From assembly GCA_964016885.1 (NCBI GenBank), contig OZ024752.1, positions 38,192,001 through 38,256,000 on the forward strand: a stretch of DNA of 64,000 nucleotides, read 5' to 3'. The stretch is from Eledone cirrhosa. Lineage: Eukaryota. Positions 25,974 to 38,770 of the stretch are shown here, one piece after another; the stretch's first letter is position 1, and each line of letters starts with the position of its first letter. Below the pieces are notes generated by a model. It did no database searches, had not been told where the DNA came from, and was given only the letters and a program-made list of their open reading frames with translations. A program made the translations under genes and the position numbers.

Positions 25974-27130
25974 TGTAGCAAGAGTTGCCTCGCTTGTTAT
26001 GACAATCACATCACCGCTCTCTAGACAGGAAGTAGATGGAGTTACTTCTCGTTGGAGTGGCAGAACCCTTTTTGTCACTTTCGTTCTGGACCCTATAAAA
26101 GGGATAGCTCAGGGCGATCTCACTCTCTTCTACCTGCCTGGCCCTACTCGCTGGCCTCTTGACTCTTCCAGGTCAACGCACTCTCAACATCGACCATCAA
26201 CTTTGGCTGTTATTTCTAGCACTTTGCGCAACTCATTTTTTTTTTCTGGGAAACTTTGTACGGTGAATTTAAACATCGAATATGCTCACTCCGCGAGACA
26301 ACAACATCAACAACAACAACACAGCTTCATCAATAACCAAAACCAGCAGAACAAACCAGAGAATTTATTTTTGCAGCACTCTTCCTGTGAGAAAATCCCA
26401 CCGAATTTCACGTTGTACCACAGTCTAGAGACCACCAGCATACATTCTCTGGAGGACACACTTTCTTTCCTGCTGTCATGTGATTGCACACCGGTGAACT
26501 GTATTTTGAACTTTGACCTCTCCTTTTAATTTGATTACATTGTATCTTTGGGTGATGGATAGATAGATGTCCAGTCGTTCTCTAGCCAAGAGCGGTTGGC
26601 TACCTTGATATCTATCATTGATTTTTGCATGCATATATTTTGCTGTTTTCCTTTGATTGCAAACATTTTTTTCGTAACTTTGGTGTTACATGCTCGCCAT
26701 CTTACTCTATACATGGTTCATTCGATTTTTATATTTTAAAAATCTGGCGGGGGATAATGTAGCAAGAGTTGCCTCCCTGTTATGACAATCACATCACCGC
26801 TCTCTAGACAGGAAGTAGCTGGAGTTACTTCCCGTTGGGGTGGCAGAACCCTTTTTGTCACTTCCGTTCTGGGACCCTATAAAAGGGATAGCCCAGGGCG
26901 ATCTCACTCTTCTACCTGCCTGGCCGAAGAGCCAGGCGTCTTCGGCCAGGCGCGTTCGCCGAGGCTCTACTCACTTCAAAACGGTAACAAATAACTTTAC
27001 TTCATTCTTTCATCTACTCTTGACTTGTCAATCATTCTGTTCTACATAACTTCGACTTGTTAATTAAACTGTATACACACAACCGAGCATCTTTGTTATA
27101 TTCATACACACCAGTGTTTTGTTATAAACA
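25974..27130 (+). mobile_element. Two adjacent LTR-like elements (25974-26690 and from 26758); related copy 37347-37656 (-)
   Basis: Shared TGTAGCAAGAGTTGCC start and TATAAAAG box; TGTTACA end at 26690; the minus copy also has TGTAGCA...TGTTACA termini; no clear TSD. Confidence 0.6.
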
Positions 27131-27459
27131 TAACTGAAATAATTAGTCTAATTTGAAAAATTCACAATATTAGATAAATATTTATGCAGAATACAGTATA
27201 TATTAGTATATTTAACAAATTTAACGTATAACTGCCACATCACGAATATACAGTTTGTTAGCATGATATACGTTCAAACCATATCTCATTGTTTTGTTTT
27301 GTTTCTTCTGATCCCGCCCAGCCCGTCCCTTCAATCTTTCTAATTTCTCATTCTTTCTTCTGATGAAAGACTAGCGTCCGAAATGTTAAGACCCTCTTCC
27401 TGCTCTTCCAAGTGTTAAACTAATATATTCCTTCCATATACTCTACCGATTGTTATTTC

Positions 27460-27491
<32 letters not shown>

Positions 27492-28194
27492 TGGGGGGGG
27501 AGAGGGGGGTTATCATTTGCAAATGGATTTTTAAAACTGTTCTCCAATTTATAGTATAAAATACACAAACAGGGATTCTCCCCCTCCCAAGCTTTGTTAT
27601 ATTATTTTCCGTTTGTATTTGTAAAGAAATTTTCTTCATTAAATTTAAACCGAAAAAGCATTTAAAATTTTCAGAAAGTGAAACAACCAGTGCCTCCACA
27701 TATATACTTTCGTGTTTATGTAAAAATATTCGTGGGTGGGGAGAGGATGTAAAAATACCAGTTTATATTAAAAAAAAAGGAGTGTATGGAAGGGTGGGTA
27801 AAACACGTTTATATTAAAAAACAAACAAACAAGAAAAAAACAATTGAGGGCTGGTTTTAGAAAGTCACGCTAAAACTTATTCGTTTCGGTAATTTATCCT
27901 CCTGTTACCTTTTTATATATTCCTATTATTACAGGTTCACTTTTAATTACGCAGCTTTTCACCAATTTTACAGTACTCGTATATCACAGAGGTGACTTTT
28001 ACAAAACTAAATCCGTTTCATTCGGTATTAGGATTTCTGATGATTTCATCACCGAATGAAACAAAAACAAGTACTTTCAAAATCACCTCTTAAATAAATA
28101 AGTAATGCCCATGTGATATATTGAGACTTTCTCAATATATCACATAGGCATTACTTGTTTTGGTTGTTGTTACCCCCCGACCTTTAACAGAACA

Positions 28195-28231
<37 letters not shown>

Positions 28232-28380
28232 CAAGGAGATATTTAATTTGTTAGTAATTCAACAAATATATTTATAACAGGTTCGAAGCATATTTATAAC
28301 AGGTTCGAAGCACTCGACAAGTTTTCTGGAGTATAATATCAATGATATTAATAAATGGAGACTATGTTTATAAAACCATA

Positions 28381-28446
28381 TTTATTCTATTATATATATA
28401 TTTCAAGGGTACCAAAACTTTGGTATGCTCTCATCAGATAATATAC
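28381..28446 (-). ncRNA. Type I hammerhead ribozyme motif (family B)
   Basis: Minus strand CTGATGA-gagcatacc..ggtaccctt-GAAA-tatatata-TA; stem I imperfect. Confidence 0.6.
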
Positions 28447-30395
28447 AAAATTTGTTTTATAAATAGTGACATACCCAGGAATCAAACTTTAACGGTTCAG
28501 GAACTTGAACATATATAATAAACAAGGTTTTATAAATATAGTCTCCATTTATTAATATCATTGATATATGTTTATCCCGGGTTCAATCGGGGGTAACCAC
28601 AGTAAGTAAGGTACTCAATACAAAGAGCATAAATATTTTATATTGAAAGGCTTCTACAGGACTAGAACCGTTTCATTCCGGAGAAATCACCCGATTTCTC
28701 CGGAATGAAACAGTTCTAGTCCTGTAAAAGCCTTTTTATATTATAAATATAACCCATGTGCTGCCATCTATTACAATTAACGTATACAGTGTCACTCTGA
28801 GCTACACGTTTGTGTGGTCGCACGTTCAAATCTTGTATCTCTCAGTGATGAATGGAGCGGCCGAGGTTATTCGGAACCTTCTGATATTTACATTATATAT
28901 ATATATATATATATGTATTGAAGTTTCCGTCGAAAATTGAAAAAGTCATAGGAGTGAAGAGTGCTCTATGTAAGTACCAGAGCTAAATTTAGGAAATTGC
29001 CTTGTCCGATGATCGAATGAGGACGTTTTTCGTATTCGTCTTATTCGGGAAACCTCTGGTAATGAGGTAATTATATTGTATTGTTTATTATACATTATAT
29101 ATATACATATATATATATCCGTATGTAGTTGACGGCCGAGAGAAAAGTACTCAATACCGAAGTAGAGATTAGACATTCATTTTATTAAGGCTAAATAGTG
29201 AGTCTTGTTCCTCTGGAGACTCACTATTTAGCCTTAATAATAATAATAAATAAATAAATATCGCAAACATCCCGTCCAAACATTGCATCTAAGACTACAT
29301 TATCCAACATTCCTCTCCTATGGTAGGGTGCGATTTTAATAAAATTGACTGCTATTTCTAGCTGGTCCAGGCTCACATTCACATGTAAACTCTTATCACA
29401 ACCTACTGATGTCATTGGCTTTAGATTGCAATGAATAAATAAGAAAAATAAAGACATTTTTGATGGAGTAATACGTGTGGTTAGTGCTTTTTGAAACATC
29501 TGCTAATTTTTAATAGTGACCCTTCACGTAATGTAATTCAGGCACAGAAATTGTCAACAACGAGAAGTTGTTTAGATACAAGCCAGCCTTAACGGAGTAA
29601 ACATATCGTCAAAGGTAGCCCTCCTGTAACTATACTGACACAACAAGACCTTTTTATGTTTATATATATATATATAAACAAACCGAGCATTATAATAAAT
29701 GTTCGGTAAACCGATACATACATATATATATGTGTGTGCACGTATGTATATATATATACATACTACTGTACGTCTGTATACATATGTATGTACGTTTATT
29801 TACATGTATGTATGTACGTATATTTACATTTAAGTACCAGCCGTACTAAGAGTGAGAAATGAAATTTCGTTTCATTCTCTTCCATATATATATATATATC
29901 TATATATAAAGTAAAACGTGGTGGTTGATCAAACAATCGACTGACTAAGTGTTAAAGAGACGCAAGCACTCAACGACGCGGGTACGTTAAGGTATTATCT
30001 ATAAGGTATCAGACGGAATGTCAACATTATGTTTAAAAAATAAATAAAAGGAGACTGTATCACGTAAATATCCACATTAATAAACAAGATATATACGTGA
30101 TGCCGTCTCACTCTCTCTATATATATATCCATTTTTTTAAAGCGATAGTGTGTGTGATTTGGGGATGATTTGACTTCTATTTCTGACAGCTCCAGCTACA
30201 AATGTTGTTGCGGTTTAACGCCAGGTCATCCCTGACAGGACCGGACTTTTGCATGCTGAGGCCCCTTAGCTATATGAAATATGGGGCCCTTCTTATAAAA
30301 GGGAACTGTCTATATTGGACAGAATAATATCTTTCTCACAGAAGAAAAAAAAAAAAAAAAAGAACAGAGGAGGGTGAACACATGTTTTGTATAAG

Positions 30396-30600
30396 TACGA
30401 GGATCGGTTGACAAGTTCATAGGCTGACTATGAAAGAGTGATGCTAGAGCTGCGAAATTTTGAATGCATTAATTCGAACTCTTTTTATTAATAATAACTG
30501 CATTGTTTCTTTCCAGGGACTATGTTGAAAAATAAACCTCATTTGGTCATTCCATGAGAGTCTCTTGGTCAGCCTACGAATGTTTCAGCTGACCCTCGGA
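30396..30600. mobile_element. Mariner-type MITE; other copies 31562-31748, 32807-32985, 51665-52213
   Basis: TIR consensus TACGAGGGTCGGCTGAAAAGTTCATAGGCTGAC, about 200 bp, TA ends. Confidence 0.8.
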
Positions 30601-30698
30601 CAGCAATTAAAAAATAAAATAAAAAAGAACTGTTGTTGAAACCTCCTTCATAAAACAAATACATCTGTTAGTAGTTTAAAAGGGGATGGTTTACAAAC

Positions 30699-30932
30699 CT
30701 GTCTAAAAATAACTTCTTGGTCGGTTAATTGTTGAAATTTCTTGGTAGAGGCTGCAGTAAAAAAGCGCTGTTGTTTACATATATTCCCAAACCCCGGAAA
30801 CGAAAGACAGTGGTGTTTGGGAGAGCTTGAAAGGTTGCTGTAATATTGTTTGTTCGCTAAATTTACTTTCGGAATCAAAGCATTACGAGTGAGCGACAAA
30901 CGTAGCAACAGTACAGAGCGAGAAATCAACAT
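30699..30932 (-). CDS. ETHE1: ETHE1 exon 1 (mitochondrial presequence plus VIFRQ)
   Basis: ATG at 30932; R/S/L-rich N-terminus with no acidic residue until near its end; ends in IFRQ|gtttgt, phase 0 matches exon 2; summed CDS is 918 nt (305 aa). Confidence 0.88.
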
Positions 30933-31014
30933 CCTGATGGTATGAGAATGAACAACAGCCGAGTGTAACTAACAAGAAGCCCTTCTAACAGCTGCACTAA
31001 ACGTACGGATGTTC

Positions 31015-31048
31015 ATTGGCGAGTTAAATATACCGACTGATCGATTGG
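31015..31048 (-). promoter_or_regulatory. Two CCAAT (NF-Y-type) boxes upstream of ETHE1
   Basis: ATTGG at 31015-31019 and 31044-31048, about 85-115 bp upstream of the ATG, 29 bp apart. Confidence 0.5.
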
Positions 31049-34000
31049 CTAGAAGGGTTGTTTATTTTCATGAATTATTGCATAAAACTAATTTGAATAC
31101 GATGCAACACTTATGTGTGCGCACGATTATAATGTTTACTCTATTTATGAACTTTAGAAATTTTACATAATAGAATATGAATATAATTGTTTCTACTTTA
31201 GGCACAAGGCCAGCAATGACCCAGTGCATTACTGGTACTTTATTTTATCGACCCCGACCCCGTAAGGATGAAAGGCAAAGTTAACCTCGGCGGAATTTGA
31301 ACTCAGATCGTAAAGGGACGTAACTATGCTGGAAAGCATGGCGTCCGACCCTCTACCGATACTAAAATGCTGTTTGCAGTGGCAGCTTAAAAAACTGTTC
31401 GAATCAGTTCAGCGATAAGGCCCTATGCCGCCCGTGGGCGTTATATTTATTCATATTCTTCGCGAATAATTTCAAAACCTCCTACACATTTTTCCGGATT
31501 TGTTTTATTTGCGGACAAAAGGGCAGATGATTCGGTTCACTCTCCCAATATTTGAATGACATACAAGGGTCGGTTGAAAAGTTCATAGGCTGACCAAGAT
31601 ACTCTCAAGGAATGAACAAATGAGGTCTATTTGGAAAGAAACAATGCAGTTATAAATAAGAAGAGTTGAAATTAATGCATGCAAGATTTCACAGCGCTAG
31701 CATCACTCCTTCATAGTCAGCCTATGACATGTGCAGCCCACCTTCGTACAGATACATAAAAAAAAAAGAATATAAGAACCATGGGTTCTGATTTAGACAC
31801 AATGCCAAGAATTTTATGGGGTGGGGAAGTCAATTAAATCGACCTCAGTACATTACTGGTACTTTATTTTATCGACTCCCACAAGGATGAAAGGCAAAGC
31901 TAACCTCAGCGGGATTTGAACTAAGAACGTAAAGGGGCGGGCTTAAATGACCGCAAGGCATTCTGTTCGACGCTCAAATGATCTTGTTGATCTGCTGTCC
32001 ATATAATAATAATAATAATAATTGTTTCTACTTTAGGCACAAGGCCAGCAATCACCCAGTGCATTACTGGTACTTTATTTTATCGACTCGTAAGGATGAA
32101 AGGCAAAGTTAATAATAATGGTTTCTTATATAGGCACAAGGTTAGCAATTTTTTGGGGAAGGGGAAAGTCGATTAAATCGACCTCAGTACGTTACTGGTG
32201 CTTTAATTTATCGACCCCATAAGGGCGAAAGGCAAAGTTGACCTCGACGGGATTTGAACTCAGACCGTAAAGGACCGTAACTCTATGCTGCGAAGCAGGG
32301 TGTCCGACTCTCTAACATAGACACAAGGCCAGAAATTGGGGGTTAGGGGTAAGTCGATCCAGGTATTGGTAAAAAATATTTGACAAGATATAAATTTATT
32401 AATACATTGATGAACATCCGTAGTAAATGCGTAGCTACTGCAATAACTAGAGATAATTCGTATATAGAAGAAGGGAGAGAATATCTATGTTGTTGATAGA
32501 TATGCTAAAAATGGCAGTCTAGTATCGGGAAAATCACGTCCTACAGTTGTAGATAAAGAAAGGACACAATAGATAAAGCAGAACTATATACTTTCTCCCC
32601 TCCCCACCAAAAAGACTCTAGGCGGTAACAGCTGAATTGCATTTGATCATATATCTGCTTGGTCATGGTTAATCTGCGGGTCAAAAATAGCAGCAAACAA
32701 GTATTAGATTTTATAGGTTTATATAAAAATATGCAGCTGCAGTGAACGAAGTTATTTTCAAATGCCTCCATAAACGCTATAACAAACAACACGTAATATT
32801 GTATATATGAGGGTGGGCTGAAAAGTTCATAGACTGATTATGAAGGAGTGATGATAGAGCTGTGAAATCTTGCTCGCATTAATTTCAACTCTACTTATTT
32901 ATGTTTCCTTCCAGGGACTATGTTAAAAAATAAACCTCATGAGAGTTTCTTGCTCAGCCTATGAACTTTTCGACCGACCTTCGTATTTTCCAACAACATT
33001 CCACTTCATGTTTTTTTCTCATTTATCTCTACAATTTTCTAAGCTACCTTGCTATCTTAACGTGTCTTTCTATTTCTTCAATCTTTTCGTTACCATATTT
33101 CTAATGAAACTACGCTGTATCTGAATTAATTAATTAATTGTTTCTACTTTTGGTACAGGCAAGTAATTACCTCAGTGCATTACTTGTGTTTTATTTTATC
33201 GACCTCGTAAGCATGAAAGGCAAAGTTAACCTCGGCGGGATTTGAACTCAGAACGCAATAAATAAAGCATATTGTCCGACGCTCTATCGATACTGCCAAT
33301 TAGGGGTTTATCAAAATGCACTGGGTATTTGCTGGCCTTGTGCCTAACGTAGAAACAATTATTACGATACTAACTTAACAGATTTCATAGAACGAGATGT
33401 GGTTTTTGGACGGGTTGGTATCAACTGGACTAAAGATCCCTTTGACCGCTGGCGTTGTATTTCAAATCCCATCTTGTGATGTGTGACCAATTGACGCACT
33501 TAGTCTTGAATTGATGAGATTTTTTTCTCTCTCGCTTGTTTATATATTTTGAAATTAAATCACTATATTTTAGTCAAAATTCCAGTTAAAACCACTCCAT
33601 TTAAACCTTTAATCTAAAGGAGATAAATATAAAAAGCCTTACGCTGTTTATGCAGTGAAATATTTATTAACGTGACCATGAAAATATAGGCTCTACGTGA
33701 AAATGTTTTTCTCTTTTACAGTCATTTAAAAAAAAATTATTTTGTCAGACGAGGAGGAAAAGCAACAATGCCGTGGTCTTTGTAAACTGACTGATTATGC
33801 ACATGTGATGGAAGTTTGAATATGCCAAAAAAGAATGTGGACAGGGTGGTAATTCCTGAGTGCTGTAGCTAACTGTTTGCAGCAACGAATGAAAGAATGT
33901 TTAGACCAGATTTTCGGAGATGATAAGAGGCTGAGAAGAATGAGGAGTTGAAATGGTGGGGCGATATGGGTTTATAAACTGTACCAAGGTGAAGGTTGTG

Positions 34001-35354
34001 GCAGCATAGTCCTAAAATACTTAAGCTGCTGTAATAGATATAAAAGAGAAAGAAGAAAAGACTGCTTATTTCTGAACTGTGATTGCAGTATGTTAGTTTG
34101 ATATAAACACAATACACTTTCATGGATTACATCGCCTGCAAAGTCTACCGATTCCTAAATTGCAGTCGGTCCTCTGGTCCCAGGGCCGGACAGTCGCCTA
34201 CTGAGGCCCTAAGCTATATGGAATTTGAGGCCCTTTTTATGTGGCCCCTAATCTATAGCTTATTTAGATTATAGCGAAGTCCTGCTCTGATATTTGTACC
34301 TCGTCAAAAGGATATATCTAGCAATTTTGTGGAACCTTTCTACCAGAGGTGTCTCTAGGGTATGACAAGCATGGCAGGTGCCACGGGCGTCACTTGGACT
34401 AGGAGCACTGTCTATTAAAGTCAGATAAGCCTTGTCAGCGAGTGAAAAAAGAAACTTCTTCAGATCTATGATCTGTCTTTGATTATCATGGATGAGAAGC
34501 ACTATGGTGGCTGGATCATTGAACCATTTATATAAATTATTAGGCATTCTTAGGTAAAAATACAGTGCTAGGTAGGGGTGCAATTTAACTGCTTGCCTTA
34601 GGCGCTGTTTTCTCTAGTTATGCTTCTGCTTTCTACTTACTACTCTTCAACTATCATAGCTCCACAAATAATGTTATTGGTGGTCGCTCCTCCCAGGACG
34701 GTTTTAACTTGACAGTTAGTTTCACTTATTTCAAGTGTGTTGATCATTGGTTTCACACCACCTTTCATCAGAATTTTCTTTCGTTCAGCTGGGGGTGCCA
34801 TGTGAAATAGCCACCACCAACGCCGCCAAGAGGACATTTACGAACACGAAAAACTCAATCTCAAGAACGGTTTCAATTCTACCATGTGTGATGTCATATT
34901 CAGCTCAGCGAAGATGGAGGCCCCAGAGCTCTGCCACTTTGCTTCGCAGGCTTATCGAGAGCTCTCCCATTTATTATTTGGTTACCAATACATTCTCTTT
35001 GCTCCAGGAGTTGATCAAAGCCCCTAACAACGAGGTGGTGCTAACGAGGATGCTATTCCAACGCCTTATCTTCATTAGTGGATTGGCAGTATCGGTAGAG
35101 GGTCGGACGCCATGCTTTCCAGCATAGTTACGTCCCTTTACGATCTGAGTTCAAATCCCGCCGAGGTTGACTTTGCCTTTCATCCTTACGGGGTCGATAA
35201 AATAAAGTACCAGTAATGCACTGCGTAATTGCTGGCCTTGTGTCTAAAGTAGAAACAATTATTATCCGAGATAATGTCACGAAAATCTTGGCTTGCCTCA
35301 AAACGTTTTTAAAGCAAACTCCAACGCCCCACAATTATAGCGTGTAATTCTGTG

Positions 35355-36358
35355 TAGACTGAAAGGTTCATAGGCTGACAATGAAGGAGTGATGCTAGAG
35401 CTGTGAAATCTTGCATGTATTCATTTCAACTCTTATTAATAACTACATTGTCTCTTTCCAGAGACTATGTTGAAAAATAAACCTCATTTGGTCATTCCAT
35501 GAGAGTATCTTGGTCAGCCTATGAAGGAGAGATGGTAGAGCTGTGAAATCTTGCATGTATTCATTTCAACTCTTCTTATTAATAACTACATTGTTTCTTT
35601 CCAGGGACTATGTTAAAAAATAAACCTCATGTGGTCATTCCATGAGAGTATCTTGGTCAGTCTATGAAGGAGAGATGGTAGAGCTGTGAAATCTTGCATG
35701 TATTCATTTCAACTCTTCTTATTAATAACTACATTGTTTCTTTCCAGGGACTATGTTGAAAAATAAACCTCATGTGGTCATTCCATGAGAGTATCTTGGT
35801 CAGTCTATGAAGGAGAGATGGTAGAGCTGTGAAATCTTGCATGTATTCATTTCAACTCTTCTTATTAATAACTACATTGTTTCTTTTCAGGGACTATGTT
35901 GAAAAATAAACCTCATGTGGTCATTCCATGAGAGTATCTTGGTCAGTCTATGAAGGAGAGATGCTAGAGCTGTGAAATCTTGCATACATTAATTTCAACT
36001 CTTCTTATTAATAACTGCATTGTTTCTTTTCAGGGACTATGTTGAAAAATAAACCTCATTTGGTCATTCCATGAGAGTATCTTAGTCAGCCTATGAAGGA
36101 GTGATGCTAGAGCTGTGAAATCTTGCATGTATTCATTTCAACTCTTCTTATTAATAACTACATTGTCTCTTTCCAGGGACTATGTTAAAAAATAAACCCC
36201 ATTTAGTCATTCCATGAGAGTATCTTAGTCAGCCTATGAAGGAGTGATGCTTGAGCTGTGAAATCTTGAATGTATTCATTTCAACTTTTCTTATTAATAA
36301 CTACATTGTTTCTTTCCAGAGACTATGTTAAAAAATAAACCCCATTTAGTCATTCCAT
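35355..36358. repeat. 143-bp tandem array (7 units) made from the mariner MITE body
   Basis: ATGAAGGAG recurs at 35381, 35521, 35664, 35807, 35950, 36093, 36236. Confidence 0.92.
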
Positions 36359-36600
36359 GGCCCGAACGTGTCTTTTCTCGGTTTTGGGTTTTTTTATTTT
36401 TTATTTCTTTAGATTTGCTTCTTTCTTTTGTAAACGATATTCGCCTTTTCTATAAACATAACTTACATTAAAGACAATATTTTTATTTGTTTCTTCAGCA
36501 TTCGTTAATCCCTCTGATCACCTGTTGCTTGTAAAAGTTGAGCTTCTTTGAGCTGTAATCACTCCTTGAACTCCTTCGACATATTCAGGAAGAATCATGC

Positions 36601-36674
<74 letters not shown>

Positions 36675-37938
36675 AAGTATGTATGTATGTATGTCAGATA
36701 ATGGAAAGGTCGAGAGGGAACCCCGTTATTGGTTGCTATGCAGTTGGCTTCATTTAGTTTTCAATCCTGCAATTGAATAATCAAACTCTTCTTCTTCTTC
36801 TTCTTCTTCCTGGGAGGGTCGTGGAGACAGAGTCCTCAAATACACCTTCTAGCAAGTTCTGTCAGAATGACAATGATGAAAAAGAAAGGCTTCACTTAGC
36901 ATAATTATTGGTGTGAACTTTGGAAAAAAAAAACTTGAACGATGAAGAAAACGATGAAAAAAAAAGGCAATGGTTCATCGAAAATAAATGTTCCTGTTGA
37001 AATGTTTTAAAAAAAATATCAAATTTCTTTTTTTTTGTTGTTTTGAAAGTGTTCGTTGTAAGAAACGAGAAACATATATATATATCGTGAAATGCGACAG
37101 TTAGTTGATGCGTGAGAGAAAAAGTCTGTCTGAACGCGAATTTCACATGTGCGTGGTGTGTTCGTTTCTTTGACAGTATTTTCATAGTTTGTCAATAAAT
37201 TTGCTGTGTATTCGTAATGTTACTCACACAACACCAGATTCTGCTATTTTTTTCTTTTTTCGGGGTGACCACTTATAACAATGAACGGCTGCGTGTTCGT
37301 ATCACGTCAGGGTTACCAATATAGCGGTGATCTAGCGGTGTATGAATGTAACAAGGAGACATGGTTTGTGTGTATAATATTTAATCAACAATTTAACAGT
37401 ATAGTTGACATGTCAATGAATAAACGAAAGAATGAAACAAAGTTAGTAGTTACCGTTTTGATTGCCAGGCAAACGCAGGCTGGCAGAAGACGCCTGGCGA
37501 AGGCCAGGCGCCGGAAGGGCAAATGAGAGAGTGAGAACTTAAAGTTGTTAGTTTTATAGGGTTCTGACCGGAAGTTACAGAAAGGGTTCTACTTCCCGTC
37601 TAGATGTTGTTAATCTATTGGGGTTGTGAGTCACAACAAGGGAAGCAACTGCTACATACACCTTCTAGCAGGTTCTGTTGATCCTGCAACATCCCTAAGC
37701 GAGACCAGCTGAGCTCATGAATGTTATCCAGCCATCTTGTTCGTCGTTTACCCCTGGGTATCCTGCAGGCTGATTTTACACGTAAAATCTGTCCAGCGAT
37801 GTATAAATTAACGTTTATTAATATTTTGAATTAATATTAATAACTCCAGAAAACCTATTTGTTGAGTGCTTCTAATCTATTGTAAAACTATATTCATTGA
37901 TTAATCAATGAACCTTGTTTAACTTTTGGTTATATATA

Positions 37939-38020
<82 letters not shown>

Positions 38021-38101
38021 GTAGGAGGTGAGTTTTATTGTAGTACAATAAAGCAATGCAGATATCGGATAAGAAGCACTCTACAATTTGTAGGACTGGA
38101 G

Positions 38102-38462
38102 TATACATAATATATAAGAACAAAAGATGGTTAAAAGAGTTCCATGTATTTTATTATGCGCATTTCAAAAACAAATATCATCATGCAATAATATTTGTGT
38201 TTTCATCAGATAAAACAGGAAGACATGATATGAAGGTTAAAAAACACTTGTGGATAGTTCAGTTTTAAATCAACATATATATCAAATATGTTGATTTAAA
38301 ACTGCACTATCCACAAGTGTTTTTTAACCTTCATATCATGTCTTCCTGTTTTATCTGATGAAAACACAAATATTATTGCATGATGATATTTGTTTTTGAA
38401 ATGCGCATAATAAAATACATGGAACTCTTTTAACCATCTTTTGTTCTTATATATTATGTATA
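38102..38462. repeat. Near-perfect foldback palindrome (177-bp arms, 7-nt loop) between (TA)n tracts
   Basis: 38102-38278 is the reverse complement of 38286-38462, one mismatch seen. Confidence 0.95.
38348..38416 (+). ncRNA. Type I hammerhead ribozyme motif (family A); mirror copy 38148-38216 (-)
   Basis: gttttat-CTGATGA-aaacacaaatat/atatttgttttt-GAAA-tgcgca-TA^ataaaat: complete core, stems I and II pair, palindromic stem III ATGCGCAT. Confidence 0.78.
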
Positions 38463-38465
38463 TAT

Positions 38466-38499
<34 letters not shown>

Positions 38500-38642
38500 A
38501 TATATATGTATATAGAGAGCGAGATCAGGAATATACTAGTTTTAAACTAATAAGATTATTATTCAGCAGATTACTCGAGTCCGGAATTTGCAGTCGAAAC
38601 GGCAAGAGCTAAGTCGTCGGGCCCTGACTCTCCAACCCACCC

Positions 38643-38764
<122 letters not shown>

Positions 38765-38770
38765 GAATAA

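Noticed and set aside
25891-26529. 212-aa ORF
   Set aside because: No recognisable domain; lies over an LTR-like repeat present in several copies
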